A DNA stretch of 64,000 bases from Lama glama (taxonomy: Eukaryota). The stretch is taken from assembly GCA_028534125.1 (NCBI GenBank), contig CM052826.1:22258001-22322000 (forward strand), read 5' to 3'. Below the pieces are notes generated by a model. It saw only the letters and a list, made by a program, of their open reading frames with translations. It was not told where the DNA came from and made no database searches. The position numbers were made by a program, and so were the translations under genes. Shown here in pieces: positions 33,840 through 55,158 of this stretch (positions are counted from its first letter, which is position 1; the number at the start of each line of letters is the position of its first letter).

Positions 33840-36800
33840 GTAAGACAGGCCAGGGAGCTGTCACTGCTGGGCCACCTGGGCAGGTGCGGCACCTCTCTGA
33901 GCCTAGACCTCCCTAGCCGGGCAAGGAGGGTGGGGTGGGTGCTGGGTAGGGTAGGGCATGGATTGGGGGGTTGGCTGGGGAAGATTCTGTCCCTCGTCTC
34001 TCTCTCTTTCTCTGTGTCTCTCCCTGCCTGGCTCCATCTGTCTCTCTCTTGGTCTCAATCTCTCTGTCTCTTGGATACAAATAGGATCAGGTTCTTCCTC
34101 CAGGAAATGGAGAGCCTTCTGATTCCCATGCCTCCCTCCTCCCCCAGCCCAGAGTTTTGTCTGTGAACCTCAGCCACAGAGGTCAAGGGTGGCACAGATT
34201 GCAGGTGTGGACAGTGAGAGTTGGGGGGGTGGGGGCTACATTGCACAGGACCAGATACTGGCCAGGGGCCCAGTGTGTGTGTGTGTGTGTGTGTCTCTGT
34301 CTGTGTCTGTGTCTGTGTCTGTGTGTGAGAATAAACCCCAGCCTCTCGGTTCCCACTTAGGTCCCATCTCTCCTACTAGGACCCAAACCAACCATGCTTT
34401 CCCCTGCCTTTGCCAGGGCAGTTTCTTCGTTCTTTCCTTCTGCCTCCTTGCCTCCAAGTCCTCCCTAGCCTAGAAAGCACTCAGAGGCAGGAGATCACAG
34501 GGGTTAAGAAAGAGCGTGAGATCCCAGAGTGCGAGACCCAGGTCAACAGCCCTGCTCCACGCCTTCCCAATGCCCAGGCCATGTATCAGTGATTCTGCAT
34601 CTTTGTTCCTCAGTTTCCCCCATTATAAAATGGGTTGAAGAAGAAAACAGTCACGGTTTCAGGAGGAGAGTAGCTCTTAGCATGCCCAGGAGCTGACTCA
34701 GTGGGAGCACTGGTGCTTTGCATGTATTAACTCATCCAATTCTCACAACAGCCTCTGAGGCAGGTACCATTATCATTACCATTTCCTAGGTGGGGAAACT
34801 GAGGCACAGAGAACTTAAATAACTTGTGCCATGGCACAAGCTGGAGCCTGACGAAGCAGGTCTGACCATGCTGAGTTTAATCACTTTTTGCTCTATTCCC
34901 AGTGGCTGGCATATAGCAGGTCTTCAGTAAATGTTAGTTAAATGTATGTCTGTATCTAGGATGTATCTATGGGTGGACAGATAGGTGAATGGATGGGTAA
35001 ATACAGGTATACTTTGGAGACCCTGAAGGTTTGGTTCCAGACCACCACAAAAAAGTGTATATTGTAAGGGAGGTGGGTGGGAAGGGACAGACTGGGAGTT
35101 CGAGATTTGTAGATACTGACAGGTATATATAGAATAGATAAACAAGATTATACTATATAGCACAGGGAAATATATACAAGATCTTGTGTTAGCTCACAGT
35201 GAAAGAGAATGCGACAATGAATATATGTATGTTCATGTATAACTGAAAAATTGTGCTCACACTGTAAATTGACACAACATTGTAAACTGACTATAACTCA
35301 ATAAAATAAAATTTAAAAAAAAGAAATGCAATGAAAAAAAAGTGAATATTGCAATGTTACGGAAATGACAGGCCAGCCAAGGAACGAGCACCACTTGGAG
35401 GGTTGGAGTACTCAGATTTATTACGCTGGCAGGCTCAGAGGGGCTTCTGCTCCGAAGCTCTGAGCATCTCCAAGACGTGTGCATGAGGTTTTATAGGGTT
35501 AATTACAAGCTTGGGGTATTCGGCCAATAGGCGTGGAACAGCTTTAGCAGCATCATTATCACAAAAGTAGAGGCAGGAAGGCAGCAAACCAACATTTCAA
35601 GACCAGATATGTCTCTTTGAAAATCCAGCTGGCTAGGAAAAAAACATGAACAGGGAATCAGCAAACTGACACTTACTAACTTAGATTTAAAAGTTAGCCC
35701 AGTAAACCAACACTTGTTGCACTTAGATTTATGAGTTATCTTGTTAGCCCAGCCCGGCTTTTCCTTCTCAGCAATAAAGTGAGTCATATAAATTGTTTGG
35801 TTCCCTAGTGCATGTAAAGGTGATCTTTACACTATACCGGAGTCTATTCAATGTGTGATAGTATTAAGTCTAAAAAAAAAAAGAAAAACTATGTACATAC
35901 CTTAATTTAAAAATAATGCTCTTGGAAAAATTTTGCTGATAGACTTGTTTAATGCAGGGTAGCCACAAACCTTCAATTTGTTAAAAACAAAAAAAGCAGT
36001 ACCTGTGAAGTGCAATAAAATGAGGCATGCCTGTAGACAAATAGATGGATGGGTGGGTGGGGACATAAGTGGATGAAAGGATGGATGGATTGGTAGGTGG
36101 ATTGCTGGATGGATGATCACTGTTGGTGTAAAAGCTACCCTCATTATCACTATGGACTAACCAAAGTAACTCCTCTTTCAGGAAGTCTTCCCAGATCTCC
36201 CAGTCGGAGGGCCTCTCTCCTCCTCTGTGATCTCGGCCCAGGCTCTGTCCCTCCCTGAGGGTACTAATTTCTCTTCTCTGGACAATTTTAGTATCTGTGC
36301 TTTCTCTATCCTTCTGACACATTATCTGTTTAGCAACAGATGCCATGTCCCATTTATTATTTTGCCTGCAACAGAGCTGGGTGCAGAGTAGGTGCTTAGG
36401 GAATATCTTGTGAAAAAAAATCCTAGGATCTTACTGTAGACTCAGCACCTCGCCCAGTGCCTGGCACCTAGGAGATGCCACTAAATATTTATGGCATAAA
36501 GGGATGGGGGATATTTGTATGTATGTGTGGATGGGTAGATGGATGCATGGAACACCATAAAGTGAGTTAGCTCTAATTACTCCTAGAACTCCCACCTTCG
36601 TAGATTCCCTTTGGTCCTTTCTTGGAGAATAACAGATCCCCAGAAGCTGGGCCATGGATGGAGAGGGCCTCCCTGAGAAGGCAACAATTGTTCAAAGAGC
36701 CAAAGCAGGTGATGAAGGAAACTACGTAAAAATCTAGAAGAGTATTCAGGCAAAGCAAACAGCTAGTGCAAAGGTCCTGAGGCAGAGTATAATAGAGGTA

Positions 36801-39800
36801 CCCAGCTTTGCCACCTCACTTCCTTCTCTTTCTCCACCTCTTCTCCACAGGATTACAAGAAGTTCTGGGCAGGCCTCCAGGGCCTGACTCTTTATTTCTA
36901 CAATAGTAATCGGGACTCCCAGGTAAGAATGGAAGTGAAGGCTCAAGAGCTGGTCCACCCTTGACCCCAGGGACCAAGCAGAGGGTGTGGGTGGTGTGTT
37001 CAAGTCAGGAGGCCCGAGGGACCACAGGTGTAGTGCTCAGACCCTGGCTTCTGTGCCCCCAGTACGTGGAGAAGCTAGACCTAGGAGTGTTTGTGAAGCT
37101 CAGAGATGAGGCTCCCTGGGGGAGCTCCCAAGACCCTGGCACCCACTTCTGCTTGGTCCTGCGGAACCAGGAGATCAAGTTCAAGGTAGGTCTCTAGGTA
37201 GGGCTGGTGGGAGACCCTCCCTCCCTGTTGCACCTACCATCAACACACACTAGCATGGTGTTGCAGTCTACTACTGGGTTGGTGACACTGGGTAGGTCAC
37301 TGAGCCTCAGTTTTCCCAACTGAAAAATGGGATAATACATGTACAGTGCCCAAAACAAGATCTGATCCAAAAGGATCATCACTGTCATACTCTATCTTTC
37401 AGCTAATTTTATTGAGCACCTACTATGTGCCAGACACCCTTCTAGTTACACAGCAGTGAATAAAACAATTAAAAATCCTTACTGTAAATGTGTAAAATAT
37501 ATGGAGTGTCAGATTGGTGGTAGATGCTAGGGAGACGAGTACTGGGGAAAGGGGATGGGGGGTCAGGATTGCAATGTTAAGAGGTATGATCAGGAAAGCC
37601 GGTATTGAAGGCCTGAAGGAGGTAAGGGAGCCAGCAGTGTAGATATCTCTGAAACAGCTNNNNNNNNNNNNNNNNNNNNNNNNNNNNNNNNNNNNNNNNN
37701 NNNNNNNNNNNNNNNNNNNNNNNNNNNNNNNNNNNNNNNNNNNNNNNNNNNNNNNNNNNNNNNNNNNNNNNNNNNNNNNNNNNNNNNNNNNNNNNNNNNN
37801 NNNNNNNNNNNNNNNNNNNNNNNNNNNNNNNNNGGAGGACCTGGACTGGTACCCTGAGGGAGGCAGGAATCAAGGGAGGGTTTTAAGGATAGGAGATACA
37901 TCATCTGATTTACACATTTATAAAAATGTTGATGTAATAAGATTAAAGAATAATAATACCCTGTATTACTAAGGATTTATATCCAGACGTCATCCTAAAT
38001 GAATCTGTTCTAACTCATTTAATCTTCAAAACAGCCCTTGGAAACAGGGACTCATTTCTCATTCCAGCTTCACAGATGACTAGACAGACGCTCATCAACC
38101 TGGAATCTTTTTCTTTCCCTCCCCAGGTGGAGAGTCTGGAGTCTCGGGAGATGTGGAAAGGCTTCATCATGACGGTGGTGGAGGTAAGAGTGGCTGCTCT
38201 CAGCCCCCTCTCTCCCATTCCCCACTAGGCCTGCTCAGAAATCCTCCTTTGTGTTTCCAACCTTCCCCCAAAAAACCTCTTGAGCATAGCACACTGGTCT
38301 CAAACTGGAGGCCTATGAGCCAGATGTAGCCCATAAATGTCTTTTGTTTTGCCTGCCAACAAAGTGCTATAAATTTAAAAGTTAGCTGCTATCACTTAAA
38401 AACCAGGAGTTTTAGTCAATATTCCTGATTTCTATTTTACTCATTTGTTCCCTGCCTGACCCCTGCAGGCTGTTGAATTTGAGACCCTGCATTCTAGCAT
38501 CTGCCACACTCTCCTCCCCAGCACCCGTCTCTCTGCGCATCCTCTTTAAGCCCTCTTTGCACTTGAGGTGTCAAGAAGCTCTGGAGCCCCAAACCTGAGT
38601 TTCCATCCTAGCTCCATCCACACCCTGGCCTCAGTTTGCCCCTCTGTGACATGGGCACAGCCGCCCGTTCCCTGACGCCCCAATCACCCCTCAGCTCCGT
38701 GTCCCATTCAACCTGACCCTACTTCCCGGACACCTGTACATGATGACCGAAGCCCTGGCCAAAGAGGAGGCACGCCGTGCGCTCGAGATGCCCTCGTAAG
38801 TGGACCAGGATCTCCAGGATGGTCGCGGGCTGGAAAGCTTGGGGCTGAGGGTGGACAGTGAGTGAGGTCTGCAGGCATTGGGTGTTGCGTTGAGTACAAG
38901 GCTGCATCCGGGCAGGGGCGGGGGTTAGGTCTCACTGCTGTGAGCCCTACTGGGTGTCTAGGGGCGGGACATGTTTTCCAGGGACGGGTTTCGGTGCCTG
39001 GGAGGCGGGTCTGGGTCTCTGAGCGTTGGACTCTGTACCTGGAGGACAGCCCTGAGTCTCCCGAGGCACAGCCTGGGCCTGAAGTGCGAGGCAGCGTCTC
39101 CAAGAGCGAGATTGTGGACGAGTGGGCGTGGCTGGGTACCCGGAGACGCGGCGTGTTACGTTCAGGGGCGCGGCTGTATTCTCGAGGCGGGGTTACGAAG
39201 GGAGGGCGTGGCTGTGTCCCTGGGGGCGGGGCCTTTCCTGGTGAGTGACGCGGCCCGCCCCAGGTGCTTCTTGCAGGTGAGCCGGCTGGAGGCTCAACTG
39301 CTCCTGGAGCGCTACCCGGAGTGCGGGAACCTTCTGCTGCGGCCCAGCGGGGACGGCTCTGGTGGCGTGTCGGTCACCACTCGCCAGGCGCTCAACGGGT
39401 GCGCATGCGTGGCTCCGGAGCCGGGGTTGGGGGGCCGTGGGACGCGGGGGCGAGCTGAGAGTTAGGGGCGGGGCCAAGTCAAAGGTGGAGTCAGGGCCAA
39501 GGGGCGGAGCCAGGACGGGGGCGAGGCCTCCCCGGGGTGAACTCCTTTGGGGCATGGTCCTGGGGCCGGGTGGTGGGGCGCAGGGCCAGGACCAGGGGCA
39601 GGGTCTTTCGTGCAGGTGGAGTCAGTCGAGAGCCTGATCCCCCGCAGAGAGCCACGCCAGGACGGGGCGTGGTCAGTGTGGTGGGGAGCAGGAGGTGGGG
39701 TTAGGCCCTCCGTGGGTGCGGGGCCACGGCGAGGGGCGGGCCCTTCCCTGTCCTCAGCCAGGCCACTGCCCTCGCAGGACGCCGGTAGTCCGGCACTACA

Positions 39801-42048
39801 AGGTGAAGTGCGAGGGCCCCAAGTACGTGATCGACGTGGAGCAGCCGGTGAGCGTTGGGCCGGGGTCCCGAGAAGGGCAGTGGCGGGACCTGCGCCCCTT
39901 CCCCTCAGGCCCTGACTGCACCTCCTATCTGCCCCCAGTTCTCCTGTGCCTCACTAGACGCAGTAGTCAACTATTTCGTTTCGCACACCAATAAGGCGCT
40001 GGTGCCCTTCCTGCTGGATGAGGACTACGAGAAAGTGATAGGTGGGTACAGCATCAGGGAACTCAGGGGCCCAGTCCGCGCCTCTCCCGCCCCATTCCTG
40101 GACGGGGACACCCCTGGGTCAGCCCCCTGCCACCGTACCTCCTCCAGGCCACCCTCTCTGTTCCAGGCTACGTGGAGGCCGATAAAGAGAATGGCGAGAG
40201 TGTGTGGGTGGCGCCCTCGGCCCTCTGCCCAGGTGACGCCCCCTTCCCGCTGCCGCTGCCAGGGCAGAGTGGAGACTTAGGACTCTCGTGGCTCTGCCTG
40301 TGCCCAGGCCTGTACCCTGAGTTGCAGGGACCCAGAAATTACCCAGAAAGTGCCCTGTAGGGGCTTCCAGGTTTTGGAGGGGGTGGACATGGCTGGGCAC
40401 AGACACTCCCAGCCCCCTGAGGTTGAACCTGGGGTTGGAGCAGGGACAGCACCTGAAGATGGGGAGAAGAGGGGGCAGGGCAGAGTAGGGGGACGTCTTT
40501 GTGCAGGAGGGGGTGTTCGCTGAAGTTTTCAAAGGATTTCAGTAGGTAGAGTTGGGAAATTGGGGTGGGAGGTGGTTCAGCATATGAAGCAAGAGGAAGA
40601 GACTGGAAAGGTCTGTGGCATGAGCAGCAGGGTCCCCTGGGCTGGGCAGATGTTGCAGAGCCTATGTGCACGATGGTCACATGTGTAGGTACACTCATGC
40701 CTCACTCACAAACACGAACTGTGTCCACCTGCATAATCAGCTCCTATGCAGACAATGGCTCCACACATGCATGAGCAGGGGCGTCACACAATTTCAGTTC
40801 CATGTAGCACATATATATATACCTTGAGCAAGCCAAAACCACGTGTGGGCACACAAATGCAGACATTCCATTCACAAGCACAAATTCAGAGCTTTACAGA
40901 CATGCGTGTACACGCAAAACCGACAAGCACCCAAGCCATACCTCAGTACCCACGCGGTGTCATTCACGTATACACACGGTTAGGCGCATGTGTAGAAAAC
41001 CTTTACATGCATTCAACTTCTGCAAATTCACCCAGTGTACACATTGATGCTACAAACACAAACATACAGATTCATAAACGGGCATGTGCACAGACACTCA
41101 CACACAGGGACGCATGCCTGTCTGGGTGTGCACACACACATCCCCATTCACAGAAGCACACAGACCCACCCTGAGTTGTCCCTGTACCACATGGGCCCCG
41201 ACAGTGACCACAGTTTCCCACCAGGTCCTGCACTCCCCAAGCAGCTGCCTCCTGCATCCATCACACCTGTGTCCAGCCACAACAAGCTGCCCCCACTACC
41301 GAACCAGGATGAGAACTATGTGATCCCCATTGGAGATGACCCTGCTGCCAACTACGTGAACGGGGACGGTGGGTGGGGGACCAGGGGTGGCTGAGAGCTG
41401 GGGACAGGAAACAGGCTAACAACTGGATGTGACACACCATATCTTTGTCCACGCAGTGCCTTCCCCTAGTCGGCCAGTTGTCCAGAAGCCCAGGAAGTTG
41501 GCCAAGTTTCAGGCCAAGCCTCCAAAGACACCTGTTATGCCCAAACCAGGTAGGGGGTCCCTCCTCCCAGCCCCTCCCCCATCCAGTGGAGGGAGGGCCA
41601 GCCTCAGCCTTCATCTGCCTTCTTCTCAGAGCCCAAAGGCCTCAACAGTGTCCTGGCAAGGAAGCTGGCAGTCAGCTCAGCACAGGTTTTCTCCCCTACA
41701 ACAGGTAAGGGGTCAGTGCAGGGTGGGCTTCACAAATTGGAGCCACACTCTGGAGTGCTCCACACTTGGGTTAATGCTCTGCTGTGTTTGTGTTGAAATG
41801 CTTCATGCCCATTGAACACACTTTCATTTTGTGCTGGGCCCTGGAAATTCTGCAGTGGTCCTGGGTGCACGTAAGGGGAGAGAGCCTGAACTGGGGATCC
41901 CTGGCGTCACTGAGGCCTTGGGTACCCACCCTCCATCCCAGGGTTGGCAGATGTGACAGCAGAGCTGGAAGAGAAACTGCAAAGGAGGCGGGCGCTGGAG
42001 CACGCAGCTGCGCGCACCGGGGACCAGCAGGCCAACCTCCAAGCATGA
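33738..42048 (+). CDS. STAP2: Signal-transducing adaptor protein 2 (PH + SH2-like + Pro-rich), 13 exons, 415 aa
   Basis: join(33738-33839,36851-36922,37063-37185,38127-38183,38695-38795,39264-39398,39778-39847,39939-40041,40167-40232,41225-41368,41457-41549,41630-41704,41942-42048) = 1248 nt, open. PSHYYESFLEKKG, GNLLLRPSGDG, DEDYEKV, RRALEH. Confidence 0.97.
34273..34328. repeat. Compound (GT)n/(GTCTGT)n microsatellite
   Basis: Seen directly in STAP2 intron 1. Confidence 0.9.
35068..35335 (+). mobile_element. 5'-truncated L1 3' end nested in the Tigger
   Basis: Ends ...actataactcaataaaataaaatttaaaaaaaag; TSD aaaaaagtg(t/a)atattg(t/c)aa at 35049-35067 and 35336-35354. Confidence 0.8.
35355..35770 (-). 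mobile_element. Solo LTR (ERV1-like), 416 bp, nested in the Tigger
   Basis: TG...CA ends, 4-bp TSD GCAA (35351-35354, 35771-35774), TATAAAA and AATAAA on the minus strand. Confidence 0.8.
36851..36922 (+). CDS. STAP2: STAP2 exon 2
   Basis: DYKKFWAGLQGLTLYFYNSNRDSQ. Confidence 0.95.
37063..37185 (+). CDS. STAP2: STAP2 exon 3
   Basis: YVEKLDLGVFVKLRDEAPWGSSQDPGTHFCLVLRNQEIKFK. Confidence 0.95.
37660..37833. other. Assembly gap
   Basis: N run. Confidence 1.
38127..38183 (+). CDS. STAP2: STAP2 exon 4
   Basis: VESLESREMWKGFIMTVVE. Confidence 0.95.
38695..38795 (+). CDS. STAP2: STAP2 exon 5
   Basis: LRVPFNLTLLPGHLYMMTEALAKEEARRALEMP. Confidence 0.95.
39264..39398 (+). CDS. STAP2: STAP2 exon 6
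   Basis: CFLQVSRLEAQLLLERYPECGNLLLRPSGDGSGGVSVTTRQALN. Confidence 0.95.
39778..39847 (+). CDS. STAP2: STAP2 exon 7
   Basis: TPVVRHYKVKCEGPKYVIDVEQP. Confidence 0.95.
39939..40041 (+). CDS. STAP2: STAP2 exon 8
   Basis: FSCASLDAVVNYFVSHTNKALVPFLLDEDYEKVI. Confidence 0.95.
40167..40232 (+). CDS. STAP2: STAP2 exon 9
   Basis: YVEADKENGESVWVAPSALCP. Confidence 0.94.
41225..41368 (+). CDS. STAP2: STAP2 exon 10
   Basis: PALPKQLPPASITPVSSHNKLPPLPNQDENYVIPIGDDPAANYVNGD. Confidence 0.92.
41457..41549 (+). CDS. STAP2: STAP2 exon 11
   Basis: PSPSRPVVQKPRKLAKFQAKPPKTPVMPKP. Confidence 0.9.
41630..41704 (+). CDS. STAP2: STAP2 exon 12
   Basis: PKGLNSVLARKLAVSSAQVFSPTT. Confidence 0.9.
41942..42048 (+). 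CDS. STAP2: STAP2 exon 13 (stop)
   Basis: LADVTAELEEKLQRRRALEHAAARTGDQQANLQA*. Confidence 0.92.
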
Positions 42049-42079
42049 CTCATCAGTCAGGCAGACCCCTCCTCCCAGA

Positions 42080-42085
42080 ATTAAA
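42080..42085 (+). terminator. Probable STAP2 polyadenylation signal (ATTAAA)
   Basis: ATTAAA 31 nt after the stop, with GT-rich sequence downstream. Confidence 0.7.
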
Positions 42086-42337
42086 GCTCCAGAGACCCCA
42101 GGACCCGTGTATTTGGCTTGGCTTGGCTTGGTGGGGCAGTGCGGGGGTCCGTCAGATGGCTGGCCACAGCTGGCCCCACTCAGTCCCAGGGGTCCTCAGC
42201 TCAGCAAAATCTGCCACCTGACCCTGAAAGAAAAGCCCGCTTTACAGCCAAGAAAGCTGAGGTCCAGAGAGGGCCGGGCACACCCAGGGCCACCCAGTCC
42301 CAAAGAACCAACAGCGCAGCCTGGCCAGTGTTTGACC

Positions 42338-42343
42338 TTTATT
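42338..42343 (-). terminator. Probable FSD1 polyadenylation signal (AATAAA)
   Basis: tttatt on + strand, about 170 nt past the FSD1 stop. Confidence 0.75.
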
Positions 42344-42514
42344 AGGAGGTGAGGTGGGGAGAAGGGCCCACCCCAGGGCCCGCTCCCCATTGGTGACCTC
42401 CATCAGGAGTTAAGGCTCCAAGCAGCAAGTGAGAGGAGAGTGCCCGGCTGAAACAGCCAAGGCCTGGAGGCAGCCCCCCCCCAAATCAGCCCAGCTGGTG
42501 AGCGGTCTGGGGGC

Positions 42515-53381
<10,867 letters not shown>

Positions 53382-54157
53382 GGCTGCAACCCAGGTCTTC
53401 TCCTGCCCGGCCCGCGGGTCCTACTCGCCCTTCTAGTCCCCAGGCTGCCTTTGCCGCTGCCGGGAGCCAATGGCCCGCCGAGCCCTCGCCGCCGCTGCCG
53501 CGCCCCCAGTCAGCGCTCCATCACTGGCCGCTGCGCGCAGGCGCGCCCGTTGTGGCAGGCTGGGAAATGTAGTCCTTTTGCGCTGGGGTCCCCGAGACCC
53601 GGGACCCCCAGAGCATGCGTCTCACCAGGCAATATTGCTAATGATGTCTGAGGTGGAGAGAGCCCGGAACTGAGAGTCAAGATGCCTGGGTTCAACTGCC
53701 ATGTGACCTCGAGCCCATCCCTAGTACTCCTAGTGCCTCAGTTAATCCACGCGTTCACCCAAGCAACTTCTTGGCTGCTAATCAAACTGGAATTCCACAG
53801 CAACCCACCCACCCCAGCCCTACACACACATCCACCCCAAGATCTGGCCCTTGACTATTCACGCTTTGCATTTACTGAAAAGCTAAAGTCTTTTGCCTAA
53901 GCAGTTGTTCAGTTACCAATGCTGCCTTTCCCTCCCTACATCACAACTGAACTCCTATACATCCCACAAAGCCCCAGATGCTCACATCTCCAGAAGCCTC
54001 TCTGCCTGCCCAGAATCCATAGGGCTAGGAATGTCTGCCTGTCCTAGGAATGTCCAGCTCTGTCTAGCCTGTCAGCTGGGGCTGACTTTATCCATGATCT
54101 CCAGCATCACCCCTTGCAGAGGACAGGTGAAGAGTGGAATTTCAGAAAGTCCTTTCT

Positions 54158-54272
54158 GGGGAGGGGGCTATAGCTCACTGGTAGAGCGCATGCTTAGCAT
54201 GCACAAAGTCCTGGGTTCAACCCCCAGGACCTCCGTTAAAAATAAATTAAATAAATAAATAACCTAAAAGAC
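54158..54272 (+). mobile_element. tRNA-derived SINE (Vic-1-like)
   Basis: gggggagggggctatagctcactggtagagcgcatgcttagcatgcac...gggttcaacccc; TSD aaagtcctt(t/c)ct. Confidence 0.88.
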
Positions 54273-55112
54273 AAAAAGTCCTTCCTGAAAGTCTGAAGGA
54301 GGGGGGAGGCCTGGGCAGCAGGAGGCTGGGAAGCTGTGTGTACCTACTTGGGAGGTGTGGGCAGAGCGCCACCAGAGGGACTTCTCTGTGGTTGACAGGA
54401 ACATTTCTGTGAAGAACACTGACCCTCTTCTTTCTAGTTGAAAAAGGAGGTCACACTGTGGTCTGAGGTGAGACATTGAGGCCCAGGAATCTGCCACCTC
54501 CTCTTCCTCCGGGGCTGGGTACTGCCAGCTGTGATGGGTGCAGGGCTGGGAGAAAGTCTAGAGCCTATGAACCCCCTCAACTGGGCCCCCAAACTTCTCC
54601 CCAGACTGTGGGGGTAGGGGAACGCCCCTACCTGCCGCAGGACTCAAAGTCATCAGCAGAAATCCATTTCTCTGAACCTCAAAAGAAGACATCTTAGGGG
54701 CAAAATAACTGAGGCTGGGATTCTGCCTTTCTGTCCTCTGCTCAGGCCCGTGTCATCTGTTCCCCTCCCCAGTCCTTGCTTTACCTGCCCTTCCAGTGTG
54801 TCCCCCCAACCTAGGCGAGTTTATGTAGTCTTTCAGAAAGATTTTCCCTCACAGTATCTCCATCGCATGTGTATACCACCTTTCAGATTAGGGAAAAAAA
54901 CCTTTGAGGAAACTGAGGCACGAGGTGACAGGAAGTGGAGCCCCAAGAAGCCGTGGCCACCGGATATCTGCTGGCTGGCCCAGGTGTCACATGCGCCCCT
55001 GTGGCAGGGGTGGAGTGTCACATATGCCTTTGTGGCAGGAAGTCTGTCAAATAGGAAGGGGAGTGGAGGTGGTGGGGAGCCACCCAGGAGAGGGGGACCT
55101 GATGGGCCAGGA

Positions 55113-55158
55113 ATGGGGTCCCCGGGCATAGTGCTGGTCCTCCTGGTGCAGCTCCGGG
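55113..55158 (+). CDS. TMIGD2: TMIGD2 exon 1 (signal peptide)
   Basis: ggaATGG; [16 protein letters not shown]|gtgagt. Confidence 0.9.

Larger units (their letters stand above)
35004..36033 (+). mobile_element. Tigger1-derived DNA transposon split by two nested insertions
   Basis: TA|caggtatac... and ...gaggcatgcctg|TA termini; internal 'ggttccagaccacc' and 'gcaataaagtgagtca'. Confidence 0.8.
38950..40270. promoter_or_regulatory. Intragenic CpG island over STAP2 exons 6-9
   Basis: CpG-dense, many GGGGCGGGG GC boxes. Confidence 0.6.
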
